A DNA stretch of 64,000 nucleotides from Octopus sinensis (lineage: Eukaryota): the NCBI RefSeq assembly GCF_006345805.1, contig NC_043008.1, forward strand, positions 48,670,001-48,734,000. Direction: 5' to 3'. Below, piece by piece: positions 61,430 to 64,000 of this stretch (position 1 is the first letter of the stretch; each line of letters opens with the position of its first letter). A program made the translations under genes and the position numbers. The notes beneath the pieces are model-generated. The model ran no database searches and was not told the DNA's origin. It saw nothing but the letters and a program-made list of their open reading frames with translations.

Positions 61430-61760
61430 CTATTTGTTTCAGTCATTTGACTGTGGCCATGTAGGAGCACTGCCTTTAGTCAAGCAAATTGACCCCAGGA
61501 CTTATTCTTTGTAAGCCCAGTACTTATTGTATCAGTCTCTTTTGCCAAACTGCTAAGTTATGGGGACAAACACATACACACAAACATATGCACACAAACA
61601 CACATATATATATATATACAATGGTTTTCTTTCAGTTTCCGCCTACCAAATCCACTCACAAGGCTATAGTAGAAGACATTTGCCCAAGGTGCCATGCAAT
61701 GGGACTGAACCCGGAACCTTGTGGTTGGTAAGCAAGCTACTTACCACAAAGCCACTCCTG
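61430..61760 (-). mobile_element. SINE family B
   Basis: Same modules as 12843-13185. Confidence 0.78.
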
Positions 61761-62769
61761 TGCATATATATATATATATATATACTCTGTATATATATAT
61801 ACTGTATATATATTTTGAATTATTTTTATAATTTGTATATATTTATTTTATTATAAAAGCTAAACAACCCCACGGAGGAATCAATATAAGCTTAAATAAT
61901 AATCTGCGATATGGCGAGGCATGACTGTATATAATACCATCCTCCTAATCATCATTTAATGTGCATTTTCTATGCTGGTATGGGTTGGACAGTTTGACAA
62001 GAGCTGCCAAGCTGGAGCACTAGTTCCAATCATCTGTTTTGGCATCGTTTCCGCCCCCCCTCACCAAAAAGGATGAAAGGCAAAGATGACGTTGGTGGAA
62101 ATAAAACTGAGGACATAAAGACAAAGTGCCACAAAGCATTTAGTCCAGCCTGATAACTATTTTGCCAGCTGGCCACCTTAACAACAACAACAGCAATGAT
62201 GAGAAGTAAAAATGTCTCACTTATTTTAATTGTTTTTAACTACTGATTAAATGGTCACTAATTACTTTGTGATTAATTGATGTCTTATTAAGAGAACTCA
62301 CTGAGGAATTGCACTTGCTCTAAACATTTCTGGTCCACCTGCCTAAAAACTAATTACACACAATAATTAATAATTTCTAATGTAGGCACAAAGCCACACG
62401 TTTTGTACAAGAGGGAACGGACAATTTAATCAACTTGGAGGACTTAATTATAATTTATTTTATTGATTCCAGAAGGGAAAACAAATTCAAAAAAAAAAAG
62501 GAAAAAAGAAAAAAAGAAGAGGTATGAAAATGGACAGCTAATTAAATTGAACCCAGTATTTCTTTCATTGGGAAGTGAAAAGAACAAATAATTAAAAACT
62601 GACCCCCAAAATATTACTAGTACTTATTTTATCACACTAGACAGGATCTGAACTTGGAATCTAAGGTGTAATATATGGAACTCAATACTGCAAGGCATTT
62701 AGTTCAGTGCTCTGGCAATTCTTACATTGGCGGCACCAACCAACCGAACCCCTGCTGCTGTCACCATCA

Positions 62770-63158
62770 ATGATGGTTTTTGAAATTTGGGGACAAGGCC
62801 AGCAGTTTTTCAAGTTGATTGACCCTGGTTTTGGTACTTATTTTATCCACCCTGAAAGGATGAAAGGCAAAGTCAACCTCAGCAGCATTTGAACTCAGAA
62901 CATAGAGACGAAATGCCGCTGTCTGGTGTGCTAATGACTCTGCCAGATCACCACCCCCTGCTTTCTAATTCTGGCACAAATCCAGCAAATTTTGAGGGAA
63001 GGGGCCAAACTGATTACGTCGATCCCAATGCTCAACTGGAATCTTATTTTACTGACTATGGAAGGATGAAAGGGCAAAGTTAACTTTGGTGGAATTTGAA
63101 CTCAAAATGCAAGCATTTTGCTTCATGTTCTAACGATTCTGCTACCTCACTGCACTCA

Positions 63159-63192
<34 letters not shown>

Positions 63193-63530
63193 TGATGATA
63201 ATAACCCTTTCTACTATAAGGCACAAGGACTGAAATGGGGGGTGGGGGGTTATCAGTTACATCAACCCCCAGCGCTCAGCTGGTACTTGTTTTATCAACC
63301 AAGAAATGACGACAGGCAAAGTCAACCTCAGTGGACATTGAACTTAGAATGTAAAGATGGATGAAATGCCACAAAGCGTTTAGTCCAGCATGCAAATTAT
63401 TCTGGCACCTTTCTGCCTTGTACTTCAATTTTTGGCACAAGGCCAGCAATTTTGAAGGGAGGGAGGTGAATGATTACATCCACTCCAGGACTTTATTCCA
63501 TCAACCTTAAAGAGAGAATGGCAAAGTTGA
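62770..63530 (-). mobile_element. Four tandem SINE family A copies
   Basis: Repeated aaattt.gg...gaaaggatgaaaggcaaagtcaac...gaactcagaa units at about 62770, 62965, 63200 and 63420. Confidence 0.75.
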
Positions 63531-63555
63531 TAATGATGATAATGATGGTAATAAT

Positions 63556-64000
63556 AATACCCTGATGCAGTACTAGACAGTGGCTCTCATGGCTTCTCAT
63601 CTTAACTGATTAGAGGTGTTATCATGTCCATTGTTTTGTCTTGGTTTATACCAAAATGAGCAAATGCAGCAAATATTCTGTTCAATATCACAGTTTTACT
63701 TGTCATTTGCTTGACCGTAACCAGTTGAGCATGTCTCTTAGCGGCTTACGATATGTGCATCACTGATCACAAGCAGACGTAGTGGGGGAGCATCATAGCC
63801 GTGTTGAGAGGAATTCTTTGGGGTTTGGATAATTCACCTATGGAAACCTGGGTGTTTTGTTCAACATCCTTAAACAACCCTTATTCAGGGACCCTTTGAG
63901 CAGGATGGGCTACTCAATCTGAAGAAAATTCTAACTGGACCCCATTTGCAAGGTCATGCGCTGTTTATCTTGATATGAGATCACCATGTAGCACACATAT
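63556..64000. mobile_element. Family D repeat, inverted, truncated by the window end
   Basis: Homologous to 31776-32325. Confidence 0.7.

Noticed and set aside
4295-62050. Apparent sense-orientation bias of family C repeats within ASH1L (about 10 vs 4)
   Set aside because: The sample is too small and hand-counted to be meaningful.

Overview
AT-rich, microsatellite- and SINE-dense eukaryotic DNA that looks like an octopus (cephalopod) genome; this taxon call is an inference from repeat content. The only protein-coding gene I can support is the 3' part of ASH1L/Ash1 (histone H3K36 methyltransferase) on the minus strand. I assembled 20 GT-AG exons by hand from 41707 down to the stop codon at 3339 (2908 nt, about 968 aa, all intron phases consistent). 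Domain order is MRG15-binding FQLP motif, AWS, SET, post-SET, bromodomain, PHD, BAH, polyQ, C-terminal helix. The next upstream exon was not found in 41708-64000, so that intron is probably over 22 kb and the 5' part of the gene lies outside the window. The rest is intron or intergenic DNA filled with tRNA-derived SINEs, decayed RTE-type LINE fragments, hAT- and piggyBac-type MITEs, a Helentron/DINE-like element, foldback elements and simple repeats. I found no clear evidence of a new biological system. The best second-look items are a family of long foldback elements sharing a core motif, a perfect 52-bp palindrome, several unannotated candidate alternative exons, an AT-hook-like motif and polyQ tract in ASH1L, and a CpG-rich candidate promoter just behind the ASH1L 3' end. 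All coordinates and identities were read by eye.
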